Assembly (NCBI GenBank): GCA_951406725.2
Contig: OX597834.1
Coordinates: forward strand, 20,956,001-21,020,000
Length of the DNA stretch: 64,000 bases
Source: Octopus vulgaris
Taxonomy: Eukaryota
Reading direction: 5' to 3'
In this document: piece by piece, positions 40,881-53,618 of the stretch
Position numbering within the stretch: the stretch's first letter is position 1
Layout of the letters: each line of letters begins with the position of its first letter
Notes under the pieces: model-generated
Seen by the model: the letters and a program-made list of their open reading frames with translations, nothing else
Databases searched by the model: none
Told to the model about the DNA's origin: nothing
Position numbers and translations under genes: made by a program

Positions 40881-41202
40881 TTAGAGGGAAACTACCATGT
40901 GGACACCCATATGCTAGAAATAGATCTGCTACGGTCCCACGACCAAGAAATGTTCTCAAGAAAAATTTAGCAAAACAACCAAAACGTAATAGAGCAAGAC
41001 AAAAAAAAAGTAATAAAAATATGGATTATTCTTATACATGTTTCACTATCAACAAATTACGCAATCTTACGTAATTGTCTGTAGATCATCGGTACGACCG
41101 TCCAAGGTGAATATAATTTGCAAGACTGCATACTAGGACGTGGTGTCACCATAACAGATCTATTTCTAGCATATGGGTGTCCACATGGTAGTTTCCCTCT
41201 AA
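40881..41202. mobile_element. 322-bp element with perfect 48-bp terminal inverted repeats inserted in (TA)n; carries a degenerate hammerhead-like motif on the minus strand
   Basis: 40881-40928 is the exact reverse complement of 41155-41202; minus strand 41022-41104 reads CCGAUGA...long hairpin...GAAACAUGUA. Confidence 0.85.
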
Positions 41203-43040
41203 TATATATATATGTTTATATAAGAAGAAGAAGACAAAAGGATCAAAGAATCCAGGCAGATATCAATAAAGCACTCAGTGTTAAAACAAATTTAGTTAAC
41301 TATATCAAACAATTGGACACCAATAAAGGCAAATGGATACAGATACTTCAAAGTCACTATCACTTTTCTACTTAGAGTGTAACTTACACTCTATCTGCAA
41401 AAATAAGTGTTGAGTAATTTTTCAGTATAATGTTAAATTGATTTTATTAAACTCAACATAAAAAAACAAACACACACATATATATACATATATAAACACA
41501 AACACACACACACACACACATATATATGTATAAGCACATATATATTTATATATTTGTGTATGTAGGTGCATAGGTACATACACATGTGTACACACTCATA
41601 TTCATATATGTGTATATACGCACATGCAGAAAGCGAGGAAGAAGTAAAGTGATGTAAACAAACAAAAGCTGAATGTTAAAAAAAAAATGTTTGTGTGTTG
41701 TAAAGGATGTTAAATAAATAAATTAATAAAATAAAAAACCTCTTTATTTCTTTGAAAAATTGGAATTGCATCAATATCTGAAAGGCACTTTGTGTCTGTG
41801 TACTTAGGTTTATATTTGTCTATGTGTGTGTTTGAGTGTGTGTGTAAATGTGTGTTTAAGTGTGTGCTTGTGTGTTTGGGAGTGTGTGTGTTTCTGTATA
41901 TGTGTTTATTAGTGCGTCTCTGACAGACTATTGCACACGTATACAAATACCCCCCCACACACACATCCATAAATACATACATACAGATACTCATGTTAGT
42001 GTATATATTTGTCTGTTAGTGTGTGTGTGTATATACATATGTATTTGTGTATATACATATGTAAGTGTGTATATATATATATATATATATATAGATAGAT
42101 AGATAGATAGATAGATATGTACATTTGTGTGTGTGTGTATGTGACTGTTAGTGTGTATATCTTTGTCTGGTGGTGTATCTATACGCATCTACTAAAAACC
42201 TAGATGCGTATACACTCACCATAGTGTGTGTGTTGACCTGCGTGTGTTAACTCATTAATGTATGTGTGTATGTAAATATGTACACATGTATGTATGTACA
42301 TATGAATGTTATGTATGTATTTCCGTGTATGTGCCTGTGCATATGATTATGTATGTATGTGTGTGTGTATGTATGTATGCGTGTATGTATGCATCCTTGT
42401 ATGTATGCATGTGTGTGTGAATGTATGTATCTATGCATGCATGTGTATGTATACATGTATGCATGTGCATATGAATGTTATATATATATATATGTATGCA
42501 TGTACGTATGTATAGGATAATGTGAGTTAGTGGTAGCATGAGTATATACATATGTATGTTAGTGTGTTCTACATTAATATATTGATATGAAATTGTGTGT
42601 GTATGTGTATATATATAAATATATATACATATATATATATATGGGTAATATATGGGTGGATGTGTGTGTGTATGTTTATGATTTTTCTGTATGTTCAAGT
42701 ATACGTATATACATATATGTCTGTCAATGTGTATAATGTTAGTATGTGTTTATGTAACTATATATATGGGTATGGATGGATGGATGGAGAAAAAGGCTGT
42801 TTAGAATCTGCATCAATGAATGAATGTGTGTCTGTATATATATATATGGGTTACTGTGTGTTAGCATGCAAATGTGTGAGTGTGTGTGTGTGTGGCAAGG
42901 GAACTGTCTGTGTGTGTATATAGTTACTGTGTGTGTGTTAATGTGTGCCTCTCTAATTGTGTTTGCTGCAGTATATATATTACAGTTCATATACAAGAAT
43001 ATACACACATACATACTACGTACTTACATACATACAAATG

Positions 43041-43071
<31 letters not shown>

Positions 43072-44325
43072 GCATGTCACTGTGTGTATATATATGTATT
43101 GCGTTCTTGTCCCATTTTGTATTTTTATATATATTTTTTATACATATATATAATATAATATATATACAATATATATGAATATATATGTTACTGTACATAG
43201 GTATATATATATATATACACAAAATAATATATCATACAATAATATAAATCATATATATTATATAACATGTATGTATGTATGTATGTATGTTGCTGTAGTG
43301 TGTGTGTGTGTGTGTGTCTTTTGTTTATCTCCAGTCCACACCATTTGTTTGCTTTAGAAGCCAAAGGATATTATTATGTAATAAAATATTATTTCTCCAT
43401 CTCACCAAACAAAACACACATAAGGACAATGAGAACGACAACGATGACGACGTTGATGATTACAGCAGTACTAAGACTACGGTGGTGGTGGTGGTGGTGG
43501 TGGTGGTGGTGGTGATGGTGCTGATACCGTTGGGGTGGAGGTATTGATGATGTCATTACAATGATGGTGGTAGTAGTAGTAATAGTGGTGGTGGTAGTGG
43601 TGGTGGTGGTGGTGGTGGTGGTGGCAGGGGTGCTTATACAGTTAGGTGGTAGCATTGGTGAAGCCATTATAGTAATGGTAGTGGTAGTGGTGGTGGTGGT
43701 GGTGTTGGTAGCATTGGCGGTGGCAGTGATAGCAGTAGTAGTGGTAGTAGTAGCACTAGAGGTGGTGGTGTTGGTGGCAGTGGTGGTTGCAGCGGTGGTG
43801 ATGGTGGTAGAGTGTACCGGTGGTGGTGGTGGTGGTGGTGTAGAAATGGTTGTGTAGAGGACAGTAGTGAAGGTAGTACCAATGCTAGCGACATTGCAGT
43901 TGTGGCGGTGGTGGTGGTGGTGATAGCAGCAACAAAGAAGGGCATACTAGTACAGTGGTGATGGTAGTTATGGTACAGCAATGGTAGCCGGTGGTGGCAT
44001 TACTAGAACAGCAGCAATTTTTAGTCATACAATGGTATTAGTACTAGCACAGTGGTGCTGCTAGTACCATTGTGGCAATGGCGATGGTACAGGCACCAGT
44101 ACCTTGGTCAGATGGTAGACCAGTCTGCGAGAAGTTTTTCCTGATCTGTTCTGTTTACGTTATGAATCAACATTTTTATGATCTTGTTCATATGCAAAAA
44201 AAATCTTTCTTTTGGTTGATTTTGTTGTTTTTGTTTACATGAGATAAAGTACAATGCAGTGGGACTGAACCTGAAACCATGCGGTTAGTAAGCTACTTAA
44301 CACACAGCCACTCCTGTGCCTACTA

Positions 44326-44361
<36 letters not shown>

Positions 44362-44377
44362 CACTAGAGACATAACA

Positions 44378-44761
44378 GATACGTTATCAAAGAAGCTTGA
44401 GAGGCGGTTGGATGGAACTTACACTCGCCTCCTTATGAGAGCTCAAAATCTCTCGTGGAAGCGTCATCCAACCAAAGTACAAATATATGGGAAACAACCA
44501 CCTGTGTCATCTCTTGTGAAAGGTAGAAGAGTCCAGTTTGCAGGACATTGTTGTAGAGCTGAAAACGAGGTAATTTCTACTCTTCTCCTCTGGAAGCCAT
44601 CTGCTCACGATACCAGAGGGCGCACACTCTCCTACCCTGATGTAATCTCCAGGGATACAGGCATCCAGCAACAGGACCGCCGTAATGCTATGATGGACCG
44701 TGAAATCTGGTGTAACATGGTGAATTCCATTGTCTCGGCCATGGTCGAACAATGATGATGT
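44378..44761 (+). mobile_element. 5'-truncated RTE-like LINE (same family as 19401-19666)
   Basis: LERRLDGTYTRLLMRAQNLSWKRHPT...FAGHCCRA...MDREIW; (TGA)n tail. Confidence 0.9.
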
Positions 44762-44938
44762 TAACAGATACATGATTAATAAACAAAAATGACATATATA
44801 TACACACACACACACACATAAATATAAAGTTAGATAGATATAGATTTAACTATTGATATAGATATGTATGTGTGCAATGGCTAACATAAAATTATTATTG
44901 TTATTGTTAGAGCACATATATGTCTGTATATATAAATA

Positions 44939-44983
<45 letters not shown>

Positions 44984-45839
44984 GCATGTTGTATATATAA
45001 AAAAGTATATATATATATTTACATGTTTATATATGTGTATATATATATATATATATGCACATGCACACACTCATATATATGCACATATATACAAACATAC
45101 ATACATATATATGTGTGTGTGTGTGTGTGTGTATGAATGTGCATAAATATACACACATTTAATATTACATATATATCTAAGAGATAGCTGTTCTCTTGCA
45201 TATACATTTATGTGTATGTATATATGTGTGTGTGAGTGTGTATGCATGTGTGTGTGTGTATGTGTGTGTGTGTATCACACACCCACACACACACAGACAC
45301 TCATATATATGTACATATAGTAAATTTAATCTTTATATGCATATACACACATCATGTCAAGCTATCACCTTAGATATACATTTATGCATGCATATACATA
45401 AATCTATAACCCCTCTCACACACACATATACATATAGATAGGAATGGACATACACACACTTACACCAACACACGTATATATAATTAATTTATTGATGTTT
45501 CAACAAAAAAACCCACACACACGCTCTCTATAACGTTAATTTATTTATTGATATTTTGAAGGAAAGAAAACAGAATTCTTAGAAGCAAAAACTATTCTTT
45601 TCTTCCATAAATATTTAAAATTTAAATTAATGCTAAATAAAGTAGAACTTCTTTCTCTCTGTATAGTTTTAAGTAATGTGTCTATAAAAATGTGAGTGTA
45701 TGTATATATATGTATATACATATATATGTATGTATATAATGTAAAAGTGTGTGCTTGTATACAGTTGTATATACAAGTGTGGAGAGTGTCTTCATGTATT
45801 TGTGTGTATATATATATATATATATATACATACATAGTA

Positions 45840-46000
45840 GGCACAGGAGTGGCTGTGTGTTAAGTAGCTTGCTTACTAACCGCATGGTTCCAAGTTCAGT
45901 CCCACTGCATGGCACCTTAGGCAAACATCTACAATAGCCTCAGGCTGACCAAAGCCTTGTGAGTGGACTTGGTAGACAGAAATTGAAAGAAGCCTGTCAT
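45840..46000 (+). mobile_element. SINE family A, head
   Basis: Homology to 5359-5520. Confidence 0.88.
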
Positions 46001-46339
46001 ATATATATATATATATATATATACTTATATATATGTATGCACAAATGATTATGTATGATAGCATTTATCCAGCAATGTTGGATGGATTCATCATGAACAA
46101 TGTATCTCACCTGTTTGATACTTGTTTAAAATTTTATCTGAAGTTGGTGGATTGTATGTTATGACATAATATATGAATACATCAAGAAAATTGCATCAAA
46201 ACATCTGTCAACTTTGCCTTTCATCCTTTAAGGGTCGATAAAATAAGTACCAGTTGAGCACTGGGATCAATGTAATTGGCTTACCTCCTTCCCTAACACT
46301 TCTAGCCTTGAGCCAAAATTTGAAACTATTATCATTATT

Positions 46340-46598
46340 GGCACATCGTGCCGGTGGCACGTAAAAAGCACCATCCAATCATGGCCGTTACCAGCCTCGC
46401 CTGGCCCCGTGCCAGTGGCACGTAAAAGCACCCACTACACTCATGGAGTGGTTGGCGTTAGGAAGGGCATCCAACCGTAGAAACATTACCAGATCAGACT
46501 GGGCCTGGTGCAGCCTTCTGGCTTCCCAGACCCCAGCTGAACCGTCCAACCCATGCTAGCATGGAAAGCGGACGCTAAACGTTGATGATGATGATGAT
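46340..46598 (+). mobile_element. RTE 3' UTR fragment with (GAT)n tail
   Basis: Reverse complement of 38835-39095. Confidence 0.9.
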
Positions 46599-46702
46599 TA
46601 TTATTATTAATATTATTATGGAAACCATTACGATTATTATTATTATTATTATTATTATTATTGAAACCATTACTATTATTATCATCATCATCATCATCAT
46701 CA

Positions 46703-46885
46703 AGGTGGTAAGCTGGCAGAATTGTACACCATGCAAAATGCTTAGCATCATTGCATCTGTCTTTACATTCGGAGATCAAATACTGCCATGGTTAACTTTG
46801 CCTTTGACCACTTCAGGGTCAATAGATCAAGTACCAGTTGACTACTGTGGTCGATGTACTCAACTTACCCCCACCCCTCACATTT
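46703..46885 (+). mobile_element. SINE family C, diverged (another piece at 46205-46327)
   Basis: ggtggtaagctggcagaattg...aagtaccagttg...ggccttgtgcc. Confidence 0.78.
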
Positions 46886-47399
46886 CTGGCCTTGTGCCAT
46901 AATTTAAAAAAAACAATCTTAATTAATATGGTGGTAACACAGGATGCAACAGAATGTTGACTTCTTTCATGTGGTGTTTCAGCCGTTAAGCCATGGTTGG
47001 AAATTATAAATATCTTTTGATGACAGACAAACAGGAAGACATGTTTGACTTTTTGTTTTCTCTTCCGCCTCGGAAAACTTTTTTCTGCGAGTAAATAAAT
47101 GTCAGAATATTGCTGTGATGATTGATGTAATATTAATGGCAAATTCTTCACTTAGGTAATATATGTACAAACAAACCAAAACAAAAAATGATAAAAATAC
47201 AGAAAAATATGGATGAATAAATTATGCTAGCAGCTTTCGTTAGTTGTTGTTGCAACACTTAGCACTGCAGAATAGATGAACTGAGCACATAATAATCATC
47301 ATCATTTTTATGATGGACATGCATGTATGTTAGTATATGCGTGAGTATGCACTGGTTTGCAAGTTTGTATGTGTGGTTATATGATTGTGTATGTGTGAG

Positions 47400-48160
47400 T
47401 TTGAATTTTCATGTGTGCCTAAGTGTGTGTATGTGTGTCCGTATGTGTGAGTGTGTGTGTGTGCGTGTGTGTGTGTGTGCGTTTGCTTGTAAGTATACGT
47501 GTGTGTTTATATGATCATGTATGTATGCATTTGCGTTTTCCTGTATGCCTAAGTGTGTGTGTATGTGTGTCTGTATGTGTGTGCGTGTGTGTGTATATTT
47601 GTTTGTAAGTATACGTGTGTTTATATGATCATGTATGTATGCATTTGCACTTTCCTGTATGCCTAAGTGTGTGCGTGTACATGTGCATTTGCTTGCAAGC
47701 ATACATGTGTGTCTATATGAACATGTATGTATGCGTTTCCATTTCCCTGTATGCCTAAGTGTATGTGTATATGTGTCTGTATCTGTGTGTGCGTGTACGT
47801 GTGCATTTGCTTGCAAGCGTACATGTGTGTCTATATGATCATGTATGTATGCGTTTCCATTTTCCTGTATGCCTAAGTGTGTGTGTATATGTGTCTGTAT
47901 GTGTGTGTGTGTATGTGCATGTGCATTTGCTTGCAAGCATACATGTGTGTCTATATGAACATATATGTATGCGTTTCCATTTTCCTGTTTGCCTAATTGC
48001 GTGTATGTTTCTGTGTGTGTCTGTATGTGTGTGTGTGCATGTGCATGTGCTTGCAAGCATACATCTGTGTTTATATGAACATGTATGTATGTATGCGTCT
48101 GCATTTTCCTGTATGCCTAAGTGCGTGTGTGCATGTGTGCGTATTTGCTTTTAGGTGTAA
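47400..48160. repeat. Minisatellite of about 110-122 bp, about 7 copies, derived from (TG)n-rich sequence
   Basis: Recurrent ttttcctgtatgcctaagtg and tttgcttgcaagc. Confidence 0.9.
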
Positions 48161-49280
48161 GCGTGTGTTAATGCATTCACATATGAGTGTGCAGTTTTTG
48201 TATGGCTGTGTGCATGTGTATTTGCTTGTATGCATGACTGTGGGTGTACACGGCCATGTGTGCACGAAGGTGCATTTCCTTTTATGGTTATGTGTGTGTG
48301 CATGTATGCAGGCATCAGCTGATGATTACACTGTCATCTACGTATGAATGTGCATTATCCTGTATGGCTTTGCGTACAGATATTTATATGATCACGTATG
48401 CATGTGTCTCCATATGATCGTGTGTATAAATGTGTTTATACCGCCATGTATGCATGAATGGACATTTTCCTGTGTGGCTGTGTGTGTGTAGAATAGTGGA
48501 AGTCATTGCCTTACACACATAAATTCATGTTATACAGACGGACATTTGTGTATATTTGTATACATTTGCAATCATACATTTTTATATATGTATGTATGAT
48601 GTATGTATGTATGTATGTATGGTTGTATGTATTTGAGTATGCATGTGTTTGTATATATGTATGAGTATATGTGTGTGTATGTATGTATGTATGTATGCAT
48701 GTGTGTGTATGTATCTATGTGTATATGTATGCTTGTATGTATGCACATATATATCTGTTTGTATGTATATATGCCTCTATGTATGTATATATATATAACG
48801 TTTGTATGTATGTATATATGCATGTGTGTATGTATGTATGTATTTATGTATGTGTGTATGTATATATGCATGTGTGTATGTATGTATGTATTTATGTATG
48901 TGTGTATGTATGTATGTATGCATGTGTGTATGTATGTATTTACGTATGTGTTTATGTATCTATATGTATGTATGCATGTGTGTATGTATGTATTTATGTA
49001 TGTGTATATGTATCTGTGTATGTATGTATGCATGTGTGTATGTATGTATTTATGTACGTGTGTATGTATCTATGTGTATGTATGTATGTCATTATTCAGT
49101 TTTATTTCAAGATTTCTTGCCAATAGAGAAAGACCAGGTTTCTAACCTAGATCCAAGGCTCTTTCATTAGAATTTCAACAACATTAACAGAGTTTTTCCA
49201 TATGTATGTGCAGATATGTATGTATGTATATATGTATGGATGTATGTATCTATCTATCTTTCTATCTATATATCTATCTG

Positions 49281-49312
<32 letters not shown>

Positions 49313-50050
49313 CCTATCTATATATATATCTATCTGTCTATCTATCTATCTATCTGTCTGTCTGTCTGTCTATCTATGCATGCATGCATGCATGCATGTA
49401 TCTGTGTCTGTATGTCTCTATATATCTATGTATGTATGTATGTATGTATGTATGTATGTATGTATGTATGTATGCGTGTTAGAGTGTATGTGTTTATGCA
49501 TATTTATCTGTATGTGTCCATGCATGTGATATCTAAGGCTGTATGCATACATATGCATGCTTGTTGGCATATGCACACACATGCATTCTCATACAAAGCT
49601 ATGGATTTAAACCCCTGTATGTGCATATGTGAGTGCACATGTGCAACATCAATACAGATTCAATTTAGATTTCTAAAAAATTTTAACACATACATGATGC
49701 ATACCATTTGTTTCTGTATGTAATTAGCAAATTGGATTACAAACCACCATTTGTTGTTGTCGTTGTTGCTGTTGTTGTTGTTGTGCAGTTTACATCTGGA
49801 AAGCTGGCATCGGTCAAATATTTCATAAGAAAATACAGTTTAATATGAATTGGCAATAAGGTGATGGTGAGTTGTTGGCGGAATCGTTACCACACTGGGA
49901 AGAAATGTTTGGTGGCATTTCATTGGTCTTTGTGTTCTGAGTTCAACTTCCATCAAAGTCGACTTTGCCTTTTATCTTTGGAAGGTTGAAAAGATAAGTA
50001 CCAGTGGAAAGCTGAGGTCGGTGTGATCAACTTAACTTCTACCCTGAAAA

Positions 50051-50490
50051 TAAGTTAAGTTAAGTTAATTTTTTTGGCTCAAAAAGTAAAAAGCAAAGCC
50101 ATGTAGGGGGACATGGAGTTATGTACAGGAAGGGTTTTCATGCAAAGAGTTCAGGCCATTTCTGATCAAGAGAGACTTTGAACTGAGCGGTCGTTGGCAT
50201 CTTCACTATCTCGTCCGGCAGCTTATTCCATGGATCTGCAACCCGGATGGAGAAAACCCCTCTCCTTCGATTGAGATGAAATCATCGCAGATAGAGCTTT
50301 TCGGAGTGACCCCGCAGCCGATGCTCTGGAGCAGGAGTGAAGAACAGCTCTTTCGAGAGTTTACACTTTCCGCTTATGATGTTGTGAGCAAGAATGAGAT
50401 CACCACGGCATCGTCGTTTTTCTAGGGAATAAAGGTCAAGCATCTTCAGCCTTTCTTCATAAGACAAATGCTTCAGACCAAGAACCATGC
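50051..50490 (-). mobile_element. CR1-clade LINE 3' end with (TTAAC)n tail, inserted in a family C SINE (49859-50525)
   Basis: LKHLSYEERLKMLDLYSLEKRRCRGDLI...RGHSEKL...FSIRVADPWNKLP. Confidence 0.9.
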
Positions 50491-50929
50491 AGGTAGCCAG
50501 TGGCCTTGTGCCTGAAATTTGAAACTGGTATCAGTTATCAATTGAAATATGTTATCAGCATCAGTAAAACATTATGAAGATGCCCTTAGGTTCAGAGATC
50601 AAATCATGTTGGTATTGACATTATCTTATATGTATAAGGGCAGTAAGGGTGGCCTGCCCCGGGTGGCACTTTTAAAGGGGCAGCATGTAGGCAGTATGTG
50701 TATTTTGTGTGGTCTGGGGAGGCAAACATCGTCTTTTAGGGTCCATGTTGCATGCTGCATACGTTGGATGGTTTGACAGGATGCTAAGGTCTTAAGGACT
50801 ACAGCTTGCCCCAGTGTCTGGTTTGGCATGGTATCTACAGCTGCATGCTCTTCCTCTGTAATTCTGTTTATATATTACATACACATATATTTATTATGCA
50901 CACACACAAACAGATACACAAATCATCAA

Positions 50930-51340
50930 ATCATCATCGTTTAGCGTCCGCTTTCCATGCTAGCATGGGTTGGATGGTTTGACCGGGGTCTGGGAAGCCA
51001 GAAGGCTGCACCACGCCCAGTCTGATTTGGCAATCTTTCTACGGCTGGATGCCCTTCCTAATGCCAACCACTCCGTGAGTGTAGTGGGTGCTTTTTATGT
51101 GCCACCGGCACAGGTGCCAGATGATGTTGGCAAACGGCCATGATCGGATGGTGCTTTTTACATGCCACCAACACGGAGGCCAGGCGAGGCTGGCAACGAC
51201 CACGATCGGATGGTGCTTTTTACATGCCACCGACACGGGGGCCAGGCGAGGCTGGCAATGGCCATGATCGGATGGTGCTTTTTACGTGCCCCCAGCACGA
51301 GGCCAGTCAGGGCGGCGCTGGCAATGGCCACGTTTGGATG
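50930..51340 (-). mobile_element. RTE 3' UTR fragment with four subrepeats of about 62 bp
   Basis: ggtgctttttaYRtgcc recurs at about 51087, 51150, 51212 and 51274. Confidence 0.9.
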
Positions 51341-52721
51341 GGAAAATAATGGATTTGATAACCAGCCTCCCACCGCATAGAGTCAAGTCTGTGGTTCCGA
51401 GCATTGTAAGAATACAGTGCAATGAGTAACATCAGCAGCAGTAGCAGAAGCAGTGGCAGGGGTGGGGGTGCAAGGATGAGGTGACAATAAGAGGAATTGG
51501 CTTGAAATAATTACATTAATTGGTGAGATCAGAACTCACATTTGAGGTGGAGGTGTGTGTGGTGGAGCAGAGAAGAAGTCAACGAGAAAAGATCCGATTC
51601 TCGCTTAATCAATTGTAAATTGTTACCATTTGATTCCGCTTCCATATCTGCTAGTCATGATGTTATTTCTCACAGCATGCCGGTTCCATTTACGGTTCCT
51701 GCCTCATTACAGCCGTTATTTAAATCTCAACACAATGCCTGCGCTGCGATAGATGCAGCTGAGATTTTTATGGCCTGGTGTGCTTCCTTGCATCTGCCGG
51801 CATGTGCACTCGAGCACACATGCACACGCATGCGCATGCATGCACACATACATATACGCAAGCACGTGTACTGTTGTGCATGTTTGCATGCACTCTTGTG
51901 CATATATAAGCACTGACATGCATACATGTACAAACACATGAACAAGTGCGTGTGTATACATACAGACATGCATGAATGCATGCACATTCGTGCATGTATG
52001 AGCAGAAATATGCATACTCGTGCAAGCACATATACACACACTGACGCACACACACAGGTGCTTATAGAGAAAGGATTTCAGATGTACATGCATACTTATA
52101 TGCACACACACACACACACATGCACAGAATACAAACATACACACACAAACATACATACATGCATGCATATACAGACACACACAAAAATAGACATAAACAC
52201 CACGAACACACACACGCTTACATACATATACATGCACACTATGATACATGCACGCACACACACACATTCAGCAAACACATATTTGCACATGCATACACAC
52301 ATACATGGAGGCCAACATATATATGCACACACTCATACATACATACACACAAGCACACACACATACATGCATGTGCACACACACACACACACACCAGTTT
52401 AGCTATACGGGAGTAGTAATAACAAACCTTTCTCAGTTTTATTGTTTGAAGGTGGGGGGTGAGGTGAGGGATGGTGGGGATGGTAGTGATGGGGTGGAGG
52501 TGTGGAAGGGACAACGGTTGAGGGGAGGGATGGTCATTATCTAATCAGCATAAATTGGTAAGGGATTGATTGTGATGTGGTGACTATCATCAATGTTCTT
52601 CCTATCAGCGATGTAACTATTGTTGTTGTTGCTGCTGTTATTCTTAGTGTTGTTATTGTTGTTGTTGTTGTTGTTAGTAGTGGTGGTGGTGGTGGTGGTA
52701 GTTGTTGTTGTTGTTGTTGTT

Positions 52722-52755
<34 letters not shown>

Positions 52756-52963
52756 AAGAAGAATTTTTGAGAGCGGTCAGGTTCATTTTCAGTATTCTCG
52801 TTTGTGAGAGCAGTCAAGTTTATTTCAGATAGTCACATTTTAAAAAGCACTTCTGGCTAATCGTTGAGAGGACCTTAGTGTTGCCTTGGTAGAAGTTTGT
52901 GCTCTCTGAGTGCTATCCTCCTCCTCCTCCTCCTCCTCCTCATCATCATCATCATCATTATCA

Positions 52964-53012
<49 letters not shown>

Positions 53013-53288
53013 AGGCAGCATATTAGCAGAACTGTTAGCATGACAGGCAAACTGCTTATCGGCATTTCATCTGTCACTATGTTCTGGGTTCAAAATTCTG
53101 CCAAGGTTGACTTAGCCTTTCATCCTTTCAGGGTCAATAAATTGAGTACCAGTCAAACACTGGTGGTGGTGGGGGGGGGTCAACGTAATCAACTAGTACC
53201 CTCTCGACCACGGTCGAACAATAATGATGATGAGTACCCTCTCCCAAAATTTCAGGTCTTGTGCCTACAATAGAAAGGATTACCATTA

Positions 53289-53325
<37 letters not shown>

Positions 53326-53530
53326 CATTATTATTATTGAAGTGGTGAAATGGCAGAATTGTTAGCATTCCAGGCAAAACACTTAGAAATATTTCCTCCA
53401 TCTTTACATTCTGAGTTCAAATTCTGCTGAGGTTGACTTCACCTTTCATCCATTCAGGGTCAATAAAATAACTACCAGTTGAACATTGGGGGTCTGCGTA
53501 ATTGACCAGTCCCTCCTGCAAATTTTGAAA
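53013..53530 (+). mobile_element. Two family C SINEs in tandem (53013-53280, 53340-53530)
   Basis: B box and cctttcatccNttcagggtcaataaa in both. Confidence 0.82.
53206..53232 (+). mobile_element. Ultra-truncated RTE-like LINE tail (about 27 bp) with 11-bp direct repeat
   Basis: gaccacggtcgaacaataatgatgatg matches the 3' end of the 19401-19666 element; agtaccctctc at 53195-53205 and 53233-53243. Confidence 0.8.
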
Positions 53531-53566
53531 TCATCATTATTATCATCATCATCATCATTATCATCA

Positions 53567-53618
<52 letters not shown>

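Noticed and set aside
46383-46410. HDV-like ribozyme in the RTE UTR subrepeat (cag-cctcgc-ctg)
   Set aside because: Could not build the P1/P2/P4 nested pseudoknot or place the catalytic C
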